From the NCBI RefSeq assembly GCF_030028105.1, contig NC_092392.1:6588613-6652612 (forward strand): a stretch of 64,000 nt of DNA. The letters run 5' to 3'. Origin of the DNA: Mobula birostris (Eukaryota). Position numbers and translations under genes: made by a program. Shown here one piece after another: positions 49,423 to 61,579 of the stretch (its first letter is position 1; each line of letters starts with the position of its first letter). The notes beneath the pieces were generated by a model. It made no database searches and was not told the DNA's origin. It worked only from the letters and a program-made list of their open reading frames with translations.

Positions 49423-52400
49423 CTAGGATATTAAGAACAAAACCAAATGGTTAAACTGTCTCATAGGCAAAGGAGATGAAACATGATCACAAGATGTTCC
49501 ACTCAAAAAAGAGATGTATAAATGTTGATTACCTTATAGTTAAGAGAAGGATTATTAAAACCTGTCTGATAGCAGCTCAGAATCAGATTTATTATCATAT
49601 CGTGTCAAATTTGTTGTTTTGCAACAGCAGTCGAGTATAAAGACATAAACTTACTATAAATTACAATAAATAGTACAAAAAAATGAAATGGGAGTAGTAT
49701 TCATACAGACAGACATGTCTCTCTATGACCTCCTGCACTGTTACAAGAAGACCCAAAGCCAACTTAAGGAACAATACCTCACCTTCTTTCAAGGCACATT
49801 GCAGCCTTCCAGACTGTGTCCAAATTTCCAACTTTAGACAATTAACTCTTCCTCTCTGTTTATCTCAGAATTAGCCATTTCCATTTGCCATCTACGGCTC
49901 CATTTTAATTTTCTACCAGTACATTCCCGGCAGCTGGGCATGGCTGTCCTATTCTTAGCAGCACGTTACATAGACAAAGAAGCAATCCAATTCCACCTGC
50001 TTCTGTTTAACTCAGTTGTTTTCATTCCATCAGAGGAATTCTTTTTATTTTCCTCATTCCTCCCATCATTTAATGTGGATTGTTGAAAATTAACTTCCCT
50101 TCTTTCCCAGTTCTGGCAATAGTTTCAGACCTGAAACATCAGCGGTTTCCTTTCCCACAGATGATGCATGTTTCCAGCATTTCCCACTTTTATTTCACAT
50201 TTCTAGACTCTGCAGTTTTTTTTTGATGTTCATCTGAAAATCTCCCCTTTTTCAATCTACCTTACTCACAAGAAACTTAACCTTTCCTTTATGTATTAAT
50301 TCCCGACTCCCAAGCTCACTTTTGTTCCTCTTGTTGAAGGCATGTGGGAGATAATTTTACCACCTACTTCACTTCAGTCAAATCTCCTTTCACCTTTCCT
50401 TGCCCCAAGGAAAACAATCCTAACTTCTCCAGTCTAGCCTTAGATAAAAACTTCATCTCTCTCACGATTCAACATCTTAGCTCCTCAAGCAACTTCAAAT
50501 CCTCCCTAAAACTTGTCACTAGAACCAGATTCAAACTCACCATTTTATAAAGATTCAACACAGTATCCCAACTTTGCACTGCATGCTTTGATAATGAAAT
50601 GTAGGATTTTAACAGCATTACAAACCATGCTCTTAACATATTCTGGCAGTGAATGGCTCATGCTGACCTTTTTCCTGCACATCCTTTGGGTTGTGCTCTA
50701 AAGCCTCTGGTTTAGAATTTCCTTGTTCATTTGGCCAAAAGGCATCAATTCACACTTCCAAACAAGAGAAAATCTGCACATGCTGGAAATCCAAGCAACA
50801 CATGCAAAATGCTGGAGGAACTCAGCAGGCCAGGCAGTATCAATGGGAAAGAGTACAGTCTACGTTTCGTCTCAGCCCGAAATGTCGAATGTACCCAATT
50901 CACACTTCAACATATTTACATCCCTGAATTACACACTTCACTGTATGCTTTAATGTACATGTGGGAAATAAAGCCAATCATATTCAATTATATTTATTAA
51001 ATTTCATCACCTCCTCCTTGTCAACCTGTTCTGCCATTCTAACCAGCTTCTCTAATCTGGCACGAGTGCAGATACACCCAGCCCTGAGATACCAGACAAG
51101 GTCATTTGATTCCAAACAATTGGTTTATTGATCAGTACAGAATGTCTTTCTGGTGCTTTCTCCTCCCTCCCATCTCACCTCTCCCTTCTCCTTTTCCCAA
51201 CCACTCTCCCTACCCCCTTCCCACTCTGAGTCCACAAGAGACTAACATCAGAATCGGGCTTATCATTGCTTACATATGTCATGAAATTTGTTTCATTTTT
51301 CTGTGGCAGCAGAACAGTGCAATACATAATATTATTACAGTTCTGTGCAAAAGTCTTGGGCTTCCTCACTATATATATGTGCCTGCAACTTTTGCACAGT
51401 ACTGTAGATGGAATGGATAGGGCGAAGTCTCGGACTTGAGGGCACAGACTCTGAATAAAAATATGTTTCTTTAGAACAGAAATGAAAAGGATTTCTTTAG
51501 CCAGAGGACCGTTAATCTGTGGAATTCATTGTCACGGATGGCTGTGAAGCCAAGTCATTGAGTATATTTAAAGCAGAGGTTGATAGATTCATCTCTAGTA
51601 AGGATGTCAAAGGTTACGTGGAGAAGACAGGAGAATGGGGTTGAGAGGGATAATAAATCAGCCATGATGGAATGGCGGAGTAGACTCAATGGGCCAAATC
51701 GCCTAATTCTGCTCTTGGTTTATGGTCTAAAATTTACGAAGGCAACATGGTATGAAGGGATTACATGGATTTCAGTAAGGCTTTTTGACTTTTGACAAGG
51801 TCCTGTATGGTAGGAGGGTTCCGGAAGGCGAAAGAACAGAGAACCTGAAATACGTGGAGAAACTGGATCCAAGTTTGTCTCGGAGATAGGAAGCAGAGGG
51901 TAATGGGGAATGGCTGTTTCTCTGCCTGGAAAAAGATGCACTGTAGATCTTTTTGTTGGGACCTTTGTTGTTTGCAATGCATATAAATTACTTGGATGAG
52001 AATGTAGGTGATCTTATCAGAAAGTCTGCAGACAAGAAGACTGTTAAGAGTCATAGAGAGTAAAGAAGGTTTTCTAATGACAAAGAGACATAAATCAATT
52101 GGAACGTGAGTGGTGGCAGATGGACTTTAAGTGTGAGCTAATATAATTTGGGAAGTTGAACTCTAGTTGGATATATAGTAAGTGGCTGGGACCTCAGGAG
52201 TGCTGATGTCCAGAGGAGCTTCGGAATCAAGTCTATAGCTCACTCAAAGTGGTGACATAGGTGGATAGAGCATTGGGTATGCTTGTGTAGATAGTAGGAA
52301 TCTTTCCCAGGGCGGGAAGTCTGAAGCTAGCGTACAGTGAAAGGAGAAATTTAAAGGTGATCAGTCAGAGGGAGGTGGTTATGTGGAACCAGCTCCAAGG

Positions 52401-52604
52401 GTACTCGTAGAGGCATGTTCAATTATAATATCTGAAAGGCATTTAGAAAGCTACCTGGACGGGAGAGGCACAGAGGAATGTGGGCCTAATGGGACTGGTG
52501 TAGACAGACATCACAGTCGGATGGACAGCATCCTTTTCTGTATGGCGTGATCCAATGTCATTCACTCACTTTGCTTTTACTATCACACCATTTCATGCAC
52601 TCAC

Positions 52605-52952
52605 CATTTAATCTTAATTCCACAATGGTCTCAATGTATTCAGTCCCTTCTTCTTCAAATACAAAGCAGGTGTAGTTACCCACGTCGAATAATGTCACGT
52701 TTTCCAATTTTAGGCTCACATTCCCTTTGAGGAATTCCGAGTGAAACAGCTGAGTGCGGCCTCTGAACTGTGCATCCTGATGCTCTGGATGGTCCAATCC
52801 AGAGTAGAAGCTGTAAGCCACAGTGAGAGTGTCTGTCCGCTGCCACGTGATAACCAGGTTGTGCAGATTGAGGTTGGCTGCAACTGGAAAGGTGCAGGGC
52901 AACAAGACATCTTCATTCAATTTCCCATAGGACTGGGAGAAAGACCCTATAC
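52605..52952 (-). CDS. IgV-domain exon, B7 family (HHLA2/VTCN1/CD276-like); predicted ectodomain of the IgV-TM-NACHT-LRR gene
   Basis: Acceptor tttttactag|GT and donor AATG|gtgagt; 348 nt, phase 1-1, no stop. Translation (G)IGSFSQSYGKLNEDVLLPCTFP...LVITWQR...YSFYSGLDHPEHQDAQFRGRTQLF...GNVSLKLENVTLFDVGNYTCFV...VELRLN has the canonical V-set C, W and D-x-G-x-Y-x-C, plus B7-like 'QD..RGRT.LF..E...GN.SL'. Confidence 0.93.
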
Positions 52953-53049
52953 CTAGTAAAAATATCAGGAAATAAAGATATATATATTACTTGCAAATAA
53001 AGTTGGAGTTCAATAAACAATCTGGAATCTTGATCTTGAATCTCCACAC

Positions 53050-53130
53050 TTTTGCATCTTGTAAAAATAATAGAAAATAAAAAAATAAATGTATTATTTT
53101 GTGAATAAAGTTGGGCTCATCTACCTCCAT
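53050..53130 (-). CDS. Candidate start/signal-peptide exon
   Basis: ATG at 53130 in a good Kozak context (aagactATGG); MEVDEPNFIHKIIHLFFYFLLFLQDAK has an n/h/c-like layout ~100 nt upstream of the IgV exon. Donors are weak and the hydrophobic stretch comes from AT-rich sequence, so it may be chance. Confidence 0.35.
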
Positions 53131-54003
53131 AGTCTTGTGCATTAACAGATTTTTCACTATAACTTCCAGCACGTCACAAATAGCTCACTGACTTGTTTCC
53201 ATGTCCCCTGGCTCCCTGTTACACTTCTTCAGATGTTACTTTACAACGAGGGATGTTAGAGGTGAAATTAAGATTCAGATTCTTGCAGGAGACAAGTTAC
53301 TGCAAGCCTACCACATCAGCGAGTTGCTCATTGGCAGAGAAACAGAAGGAAGTGGACTTGGTGCGGACAGAGAGGTGTCGGAGGAGTCAGTCCGCGAAGG
53401 CAGTGTGCAGTCTAACAGTGAGTGAGCGTCTTAGTAGCTTCTCTTGTGATCGCAAGACCCTGCTGGACATTGCTCATGTGGAACGCTGCAAGTACAATTC
53501 ACTGATTTATTGGGTGGATGGCGGGTGAACTGTACGGATTCAGTCGTAGCGAGGATGAAATCCCAAGCCGCGGTGTCACCTGTTTACAGCCGCCCTGGAG
53601 AATTGTGCTCCACCAGAGGCAGTTCGGTGGAGCTTCCTTGCTGGCGTCAGTGCCGGCCCCCAGTGGTTGCTCAGCAGAAAACAAGTAGTATTGTGTTCGA
53701 CTGCAGACTCAGGTAACATTCACGGACTCAGGGTCTTGGATGTATTTTTTTTGTGTGACTGTATTTTACTGATATCTTATACGTGCTTGCTATCTTATTG
53801 ATACTATATGTCCATTGTGCTGTCTGTGACTGTTGGTACTGTGAGTTGCACCTTGGCCCCAGAGGAACACTGTTTTGTTTGGCTGTATTCATGTATGGTT
53901 GAATGATAATTAAACTTGAACTGAGCTGAGAATATCAGAAATGAAATTAAGATGAAAGTAAGAGAATAAATGACAACAGAATGAACAAATAAATAAAAGA
54001 AGA

Positions 54004-54120
54004 TGTGTGTGTCTGTGTCTGCATGTGTATTTGAGAGTCTGTGTGCATGTATGTGTGTGCTTGTATGTCTGTCTGCATGCGTGTCTGTGTGTGCACGTGC
54101 ATGTGCGTGCGTGCACACGT
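54004..54120. repeat. Degenerate (GT)n/(ATGT)n microsatellite
   Basis: Direct inspection. Confidence 0.85.
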
Positions 54121-55308
54121 ATTATTTTGTTGAGCAAAGGGATTACTCCTAGATCCTTGAATTACTCTAAGAACAATCACAGGAAACTTGAGTGACTTAA
54201 GGTCACCTTCCTAACTTGTAAGAATCAACCTGACAAACTTATACAAATCTCTCCACAGAGGCAACCACTCACCCATTTCAAGCTCCCTGAAGAGAACGAA
54301 CGCCAACAATATCCTCTCCAAAGTAAAATCCATTGTCCTGAAATTAAAACTAGAATGAGTTACCTATTTTAAGCATCTTCTACAAATCTTTATCAGAGCT
54401 GAGTTATGACAAATAAATAACTAAGTTAACACAGAGAGCTGTGTGTCAGGAATAACCTTTAAATACTCTTGTCCTCAGATGACTCAGGATTGTGGTGACA
54501 CTGAAGGTGAAACAGAATTTCAACACTAATGTCCACCTTCATCGAGAGGTGGCTCCCAAGGAAAAGGAAGTGACCTTCACTGTCAAAAGGCAATATTGTA
54601 GAGCAGGGCCTGTTTGGTAATGGACTTTAGATTTAAGGATTTTAATTGCAAGGTCTATCCTCTCATGTTCCAATGCATCAGTCTATGGTGACTGAAGCTC
54701 AGCCTTCAAATACATGTACACACTAGTGCTAACTACATCCTGCAGCTCAGATGTTGAGCTGTACTGGATGAGAAGAAGGTTGAATAGTTTCCAACAGCTG
54801 CTGTTTATTCGTTCCACTGTTGGTGACTTATGACACTGCTGTGAGAAACACTGGAGAGTGTTGTGGCTATAACAGGACCTTGCTTCACAGTTCACAGTGG
54901 GGTCTGTTTATGTACTGCACTGTACTGCTGCCGGAAAAAAAAACAAATTTCATGACATATATGAGTGATGATAAACCCGATTCTGATATGGGTCACTATT
55001 GTGGACCGACAGTGAGAAGGGGGCAGGGAGAGAGGTATCATGCTTGGGGAAAGAGGAGGGAGTGGGAAACACCAGGGAGACATTCTGTGATGATCACTAA
55101 AACAATTGTTAAGAATCAAATGACCTTGCCTAGTGCCTCAGGGCTGGGTGTGTCTGCACCCACACCTCCCCCCCACCCCCGAACCTGACACGCCGTCTCT
55201 GTCACCTGTCCCACACTCCTCCCGTGGTACTCCTCTCTCACCACTCTCAGCATCCTTTGCTTCTGCCAGGTTTACAAACTGGCTCTCCACTCCACGTTGA
55301 CAAATACA

Positions 55309-55372
55309 GTACTGTGCAAAAGTATTAGGCACCCTAGCTATACATATGTGCCTAAGACTTTTGCACAGTACT
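55309..55372. mobile_element. Short palindromic Tc1-like MITE
   Basis: cagtactgtgcaaaagt...acttttgcacagtactg inverted repeat; related copies at ~51338-51405 and split at ~31372/31974. Confidence 0.7.
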
Positions 55373-56559
55373 GTCCATCCAGAGGGAATGCTTTCTATGG
55401 TGCATCGGTAAAAATTGGTCAGAATTGACAGGGGCATGCTGAATTTCTTTAGTCTTCTGAGGAAGTAGAGGCGTTGGTGAGCCTCCTTGATCATGACATC
55501 AAGGAGGTTGGTAAGGACAGGCTACTTGTGATGTTCATACCTAGAATGTGAAGCTGTCAACATCAACATCATTGAGATAGAGAGGAGCAGATGCATTGCC
55601 ACCCCACCCTTCCTTCTGAAGCCAATGACCAACTCTTTTGTTGACACTGAAGGAAAGGTTGCTGTCATGACACTGTGTCACTAAGCTCTCTATGTCCTTC
55701 CTGTACTCCAACTCATCATTATTTGAGATTCGGCCCACTGCAGTGGTATCATCTGCAAATATATAGATGGGAGTTAGAACAGAATCTGACCACACATCAG
55801 GACATAGGTATCTTTACTGTCCAGATGCTTCAGAGATGAATGTAGGGTCAGGGAGATGGCATCTGCTGTAAACCTGATTGGTCTGCAGGCAAACTGCAGT
55901 GGGTCAAAGTTACGTGGAAATGTGTGCCACGACCAGCTCCTTGAAGCACTTCATGATGGAAGATGTTAGAGCCACTGGAGAGTAGTCATTAAGAGACACT
56001 ATCTTGTGCTTTTTGGGTAGTTTTGTGAGTTTCCACCACCTCCCCTTCCCCCTCCCACACTTCATTCTCTCCACCCCATTGGCCATGAAGGAATTAAAGC
56101 ATGGAAGGAAGCATTTAAATGCTTAACTGGAATCAGTCGAGGACAGTGAAAGTAGACAAACCAAGTGCCTCTGTACTTGCCACACGGTTAAAGGAATAAA
56201 GGTCGCCAATTTGTGAAATTGTTCTTCAATCTCCATTTTGTGAACTGTTTTACAAATTGGTTTTATTCAGGAATAGCTGGATCAAAGAAATTAAATGAGG
56301 CCTCTATTGATAATATGATGAACTAAAGATCTTTTCCAAGTAAGAAGCTGTTTGGGAGATGTTCTCTGGTAAGATAGAACATGCAAGTTTAAGAATAGGG
56401 TGATCTGTATCTGTCACCTGCGGGTCACTAGAGGCGAGCAACTGACTGAACTGGCTGAACAGGCTGAACTGCTCTGCTTCAGGGAAATCAAAGGGAACAA
56501 TTGAATTCATGACTTATGTTGTTGGCCTGTGTTCAACATAGTTACATTGGTGAACATGA

Positions 56560-58040
56560 GAAATTCTGCAAATACTGGAAACCCAAAGCAACACGCACAA
56601 AACGTTGGAGGAACTTAGCAGGTCAGGCAGCACGTATGGAAATAAATAAAGAGTTGACATTTTGGGCCGAGACCCTTCCCCAGGACTGGGAAGCAAGGTG
56701 GAAGACACCAGAATAAAAATATGGGAGGTTAATAGGAAGAAGGATAGAGAAAGTGATAGGTGAAGCCAGGTGGAAAAGGAAGACAAAGGGCTGGAGAGGA
56801 AGGAACCTGGTAGGAGAGGATAGTGGACCATAGGAGGAAGGGAAGGAGGAGGGGCACTAGGGAGAGGTGAGAGAGTGCGAGGGAATTTTTTTTTAATGGA
56901 AAGAGAAATTGATATTCATGCCAAAAGGTTGAAGGCTACCCAGACAGAATATGAGGAAAATCTGCAGATGCTGTAAATCTACACAAAGTACTGGAGGAAC
57001 TCAGCGGGCCAGGCAACGTCTATGGAAATGAATAAACAGTCGACGTTTTGGGCCGAAACCCTTCATTAGGACTGGAAAAAAAAGATGAGAAGTCTAAGAA
57101 GGTGGGGGAGGGGAGGAAGAAGTACAAAGTGGTTGGTGGTAGGTGAAACTGGGAGGAGGGAAGAGGTGAAGTAAGGAGGTGGGAAGTTGATTGGTGTGAG
57201 CGATAAAGGGCTAGAGAAGAGGGAATCTGATAGGAGAGGGTAGAAGACCACGTAATAAAGGAAAGGGGGAGGAACACCAGAGGGAGGTGATGGGCAGGTA
57301 AGGAGTTAATGTGAGAAAGGGAAATGGAAATGGGTAACGGTGAAGTGGGGTGGGGCAATTACCAGAAGTTTGAGAAATCGATGTACATGCCTTCAGGCTG
57401 GAGGCTACCCAGATGGAATATAAGGTGTTGCTCCTCCAACCAGTGTGTGGCCTCACCTCATCGCGGCAGGAGAGAACATCATGGACTGACATGTTGGAAT
57501 GGGAATGGGAAGTGGAATTAAAATGGGTGGCCACTGGGAGATTCTGCTTTTTCTGGTGGATGGAGCATAGGTGCTTAGTGAAGCAGTCTCCCAATCTACG
57601 TCAGGTCTCACCGATGTACAGGAAGCCACACCCCAAGCACCGGATTCAGTAGATGACCCCAAAAGACTCGCAGGTGAAGTGTCGCCTCACCTGGAAGGAC
57701 TGTTTGGGGCCCTGAATGGTAGTGAGGGAGGAGGTGTAGGGGCAGGTGTTGCCCTTGTTCTGCTGACATATAAGATGTTGCTTCTCCATCCTGAAGGTGG
57801 CCTCTCTTGGCACAAGAGGAGGCCATGGATCTACACTTCAAAACGGGAATTGGAATCAAAATACTTGGCCACCAGGTAGTCCCGCTTGTGGCAGAGGTGC
57901 TCAACGAAGCAGTCCCCCAGCTTACGACGGGTCACGCCAATGTAGAGGAGGCTACATTGAGAGCACCAAACACAACAGACGAACCCAGCAAATTCGTAGA
58001 TGAAATGCTGCCTCACCTGGAAGGACTGGTTGGGGCCCTG
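56560..58040 (-). mobile_element. Tandem Penelope-like fragments
   Basis: 'GDCFTKHL..PVATHFNS', 'LLYIGVTRRKLGDCFVEHL'. Shorter copies also occur at ~60-390, 32790-32990, 37010-37660, 50760-50880, 58630-58760 and 60550-60640. Confidence 0.8.
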
Positions 58041-58249
58041 AATGGAGGTGAGGGAGATTAGTGGGGAGGGATGAATGGACAAGCGAATCAGCCTTGGTGA
58101 ATTTTCAGAAGAGCAATGTCAAGGAGAGTTGCTAAAAGGGTGACTTACATTGGATTTTGCTCATCAGTTGGGAGGGAAACTGGCATGATGGTGGTGTGGA
58201 AAATATTGAAGAAAGTGAAAGGTATCAGAGGTTATAACTAGATTCCGGT

Positions 58250-60900
58250 GTTAGTGGAGAATGGAAATTTGGCTACACCAGACAAAGAAAAGGCAAAATG
58301 TCCATGAAACATGTTTGCAAAGATGCATGGACAAGACAATTTTGGGGATGAGTATATTAAGAGACAATAGCATATTTTGATGGAGGATGGGATAATTTGT
58401 GAGAAACAAGAGATTTTGAGAATGCCGTGATGACTTTACGTTGGCTGAACTGAAATTTGCTGTCAATAGTGCAAGTACTACAGCCCCAGGACAGGATACG
58501 GTCAGCTATCATATGCTGCAGCATCTGCCTGAGGCAGCCCCAGGGGATTTACTTGAGTTTTATACTAAGGTCTGGAAGCAAGGAATGCCCCTGGGAAACT
58601 TGTAAAGGGCTGTGGTGCTGCCTGTTGTTCAACCTGGAAATCTGCAGATGTTGGAAATCCAAGCAACACACACAAAATGCTAGAGGAACTCAGCAGGCCA
58701 GGCAGCATCTATGGGAAAGAGTACAGCTGATGTTTTGGGCTGAGACCTTTCATCTGTATCAGTATGGGTGGCAGGTTTTACAACTGGGTTTTAGGTTTTG
58801 GATTTTTTATTTGGCTGATCGTTTAGAGTAAGAGTAGGTGAAGTAGTGTCATCAGAGTTTTCAGTGGATAATGGGACTCCCCAAGATAGTGTTATTAGTC
58901 CAATATTGTTTAATCTGATAATTTTGATGGTGTTGGGCCTGGGTTTGGTTTGGCTTTACATGCTGATGATGAGGCACTGTGGAAAGGGGTCGTAATACTG
59001 CCGATGTGGGAAGGTCTGTGCGAACAGTGTCATCAGTAATGGAACAATGGTCTTTGGACTGGGGTTTTAAATTTTCTGTTTCTTTATCAAAATATATGGC
59101 TTTTACTTAGAAACATAGGGTGGATTATATTCACCTTAATTTGTAGGGACGTTTGGTGTCTAGAATTCCTGTGTTTAAATATTTGGGGTTATGGCTGGAT
59201 GCAAGATGGACTTGGAGAACACACATAAAGTTTTTAAGAGGATAAATGTAAGCAGGTCATTAACTTTATGGGCTGTGTGGCTGCGTATGACTGGGTGCTT
59301 CCAGTGGAGCTCTATTGACAATATATCATGCTTTAATGTGCACTTGTCTGGACCATGGTTGTATGACTTACGGGGAGGCAGCTCGTTCAGTTTTATATAG
59401 GTTCGGTGTCCTACAGGCCAGACACTTGGAATCTGTAGGGGAGGAATCCGGACCACACCAAAGATGCATTGGGAGTTGAGCTAGGCAAGATGCCTCTTGA
59501 CGTGCTGAGGGAAAAATTGAACCTTGCATGCTGGACTCAACATATTGATGCAGCTATAATGAAGGCAAGACAGAGGCTATATTTCATTAGGAGTTTGAAG
59601 AGATTTGCTATGTTACCATAAGCACTCGCAAATTTCTACAGATGTACCATGGAGAGCATTCTAACTGGCTGTATTACCATTTGGCATGGACTATACGGGA
59701 TCAAAGTAAGCTGCAGAGAGTTGTATACTTAGTCAGCTCTATCATGAGCACTAGTCTCCATAGTATCCAGGACATCTTCAAGTAGCAGTGCCTCAAAAAG
59801 GAGGCATCCATCATTAAGGTCTCCCATAACAAATTTCATGACATACGCTGGGGATATTAAACCTGATTCTGACTTTCATGGTAAGGTTGGAGACATTGCA
59901 TTTGACATATACAGTTTTAATGGATCGTTGGGAATATACTGGCAGAGTTGGTAAATGTTTTGGGTGGATAACTAAGGAATATGTGTGGGAATTTGCAGAT
60001 TAGCCCAACTGTGGCCTGGCCACGAGTTCCATCGTGGAAGTTACTTGGGGATAGACAGGGTCTAGTGGGTAGTCATTTATGAAAACAGTATTTATTCCTT
60101 TTTGCCCATCTTTACAGATGGTTCTAAAGACCCAGTTAGCAATCAGGTGAGCGCAGGAATATTAATGTTGAGGTGTGGAAAAGGCTGACAGATGGGTTGT
60201 CTGTCTACACAGCAGAATTTATGATCATTATCATTAGTCTGCAATGGGTTGAACAAGTTAAGCCAAGTAGAGTCGTTAATAGTTAACAAATAGTTAACAA
60301 TAGATTCTGCCTCTGTACAGCAGAGTTTAGAATCAAAGGGTTCAAAGAGACCTGATCTGTTAATGGAAGTGTATTACAATCTATTTGTCCTGGAGAGTGT
60401 GGGAATAGCTGTACAGTTTTGTTGGATACCTACACAGGTGGGTGTATTGGGTAATGAAAGGATAAATGTCACAGCAAAACAGGCATTTACTAAGGCAGAG
60501 TCAGATATTATAGTGAATATAGGAAGGTATGAAACCAAATCTTGTATTAGGTTACACACACAAAATGCTGGAGGAACTCAGCAGGCCAGGTAACATCAAT
60601 GGAGAAGAACAGAGTCGATGTTTCAAGCCGAGACCCTTAAGCAGGGTTGGTTGGGATTGGGAAATGTCAGAAATTGTGGGATAGGGGTGGGCTCGAGAGG
60701 CAGTATTACAATTTGTTTCCAACAGTTCACGGGATGAGCCTTTTGGGAAGGAATAGGAGGGAGGATGTGTGGTTGGTGAGGCTGAGGTTTGGACATGCAA
60801 TTTCCACTCCACTTGGGCAGTTGTGGGTAAGAATGGGTGTGGGTAGTGTGATTTTTGTTAAAGTCCAGGAGATAGTGGAACATGTGATCATGGTGTGTCT
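58250..60900 (+). mobile_element. I-group (Nimb/Ingi-like) LINE fossil with RT and RNase H, interrupted by other repeats
   Basis: 'FTLAELKFAV..APGQD.VSYHML', 'FTDGSK', 'FCWIPTQVGVLGNE', 'RLRFGH'. Confidence 0.65.
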
Positions 60901-61344
60901 CCAGGGGGCAGTGCTACCGGAGCTCACCAGAGCACCACTCCGGCCCCTCTAGACGGCTGGAGATGGGACTAGGTGCAGTGGATGGCCAGGACGCCTTCTG
61001 TGTCTTGTCCTGCTCTACACGTTCCACGACGCTTGCAGAGACCGCCTCCTTGACCATTGGACCTTCCGCTGGTCTCGTCCGCTCAATCCGCTGGAGTCTG
61101 TCTTCACATGCTGGGACAGACAACTCCCTATCTCACCAAGGGTTTGAGACCCGTCGGCTACCCTCACCTGGTTTAGCCGGCTTGTCGAAGCCGTTGCCCG
61201 GGGTGTGGCCGCTGTCGCATGCAAACAGCTACGGGGAGCCACAGGTGAGAGCTGAGTGCCAGGTGGGGACCAAAGGTGGACTAACCGCCCTGAAAAGGAC
61301 GCGACATGTTCCCCCACCAGAGGTGCTACCCCTCGCTGACACCC

Positions 61345-61570
61345 CGTATAGAAAGCATTAAGTGTGCGGCTAGAGGACATGTCACAGAAGCATATCCCTG
61401 TTGATGGCAAAATTACGCGTGAAAAAGCACTTAGCCTCTATGAGCACTGTTATGAGGGGGTTGAGGAGAGGGAGAGGAAGAAGTTTAAGGCTAGTAAGGG
61501 ATGGCTGGCTAGCTATGTAAAGTGCTACAGCCCCAAGAACTTAAAGATCACGGGAGAATCGACATGGCAG
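61345..61570 (+). mobile_element. Tigger/pogo (CENP-B-type HTH) transposase fragment
   Basis: 'RLEDMSQKHIPVDGKITREKALSLYE..FKASKGWL..NLKITGES'. Confidence 0.75.
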
Positions 61571-61579
61571 ATGTACTAA

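Noticed and set aside
49423-52604. IgC exon expected in B7 proteins
   Set aside because: No ~280-nt phase 1-1 open exon with C1/C2-set cysteines was found.
53804-54195. H/T-rich ORFs
   Set aside because: Microsatellite translations.
56304-56510. 68-aa ORF with donor CAG|gtgaca as the receptor's first coding exon
   Set aside because: No signal-peptide character, phase 0 and no homology; at most a possible non-coding first exon.
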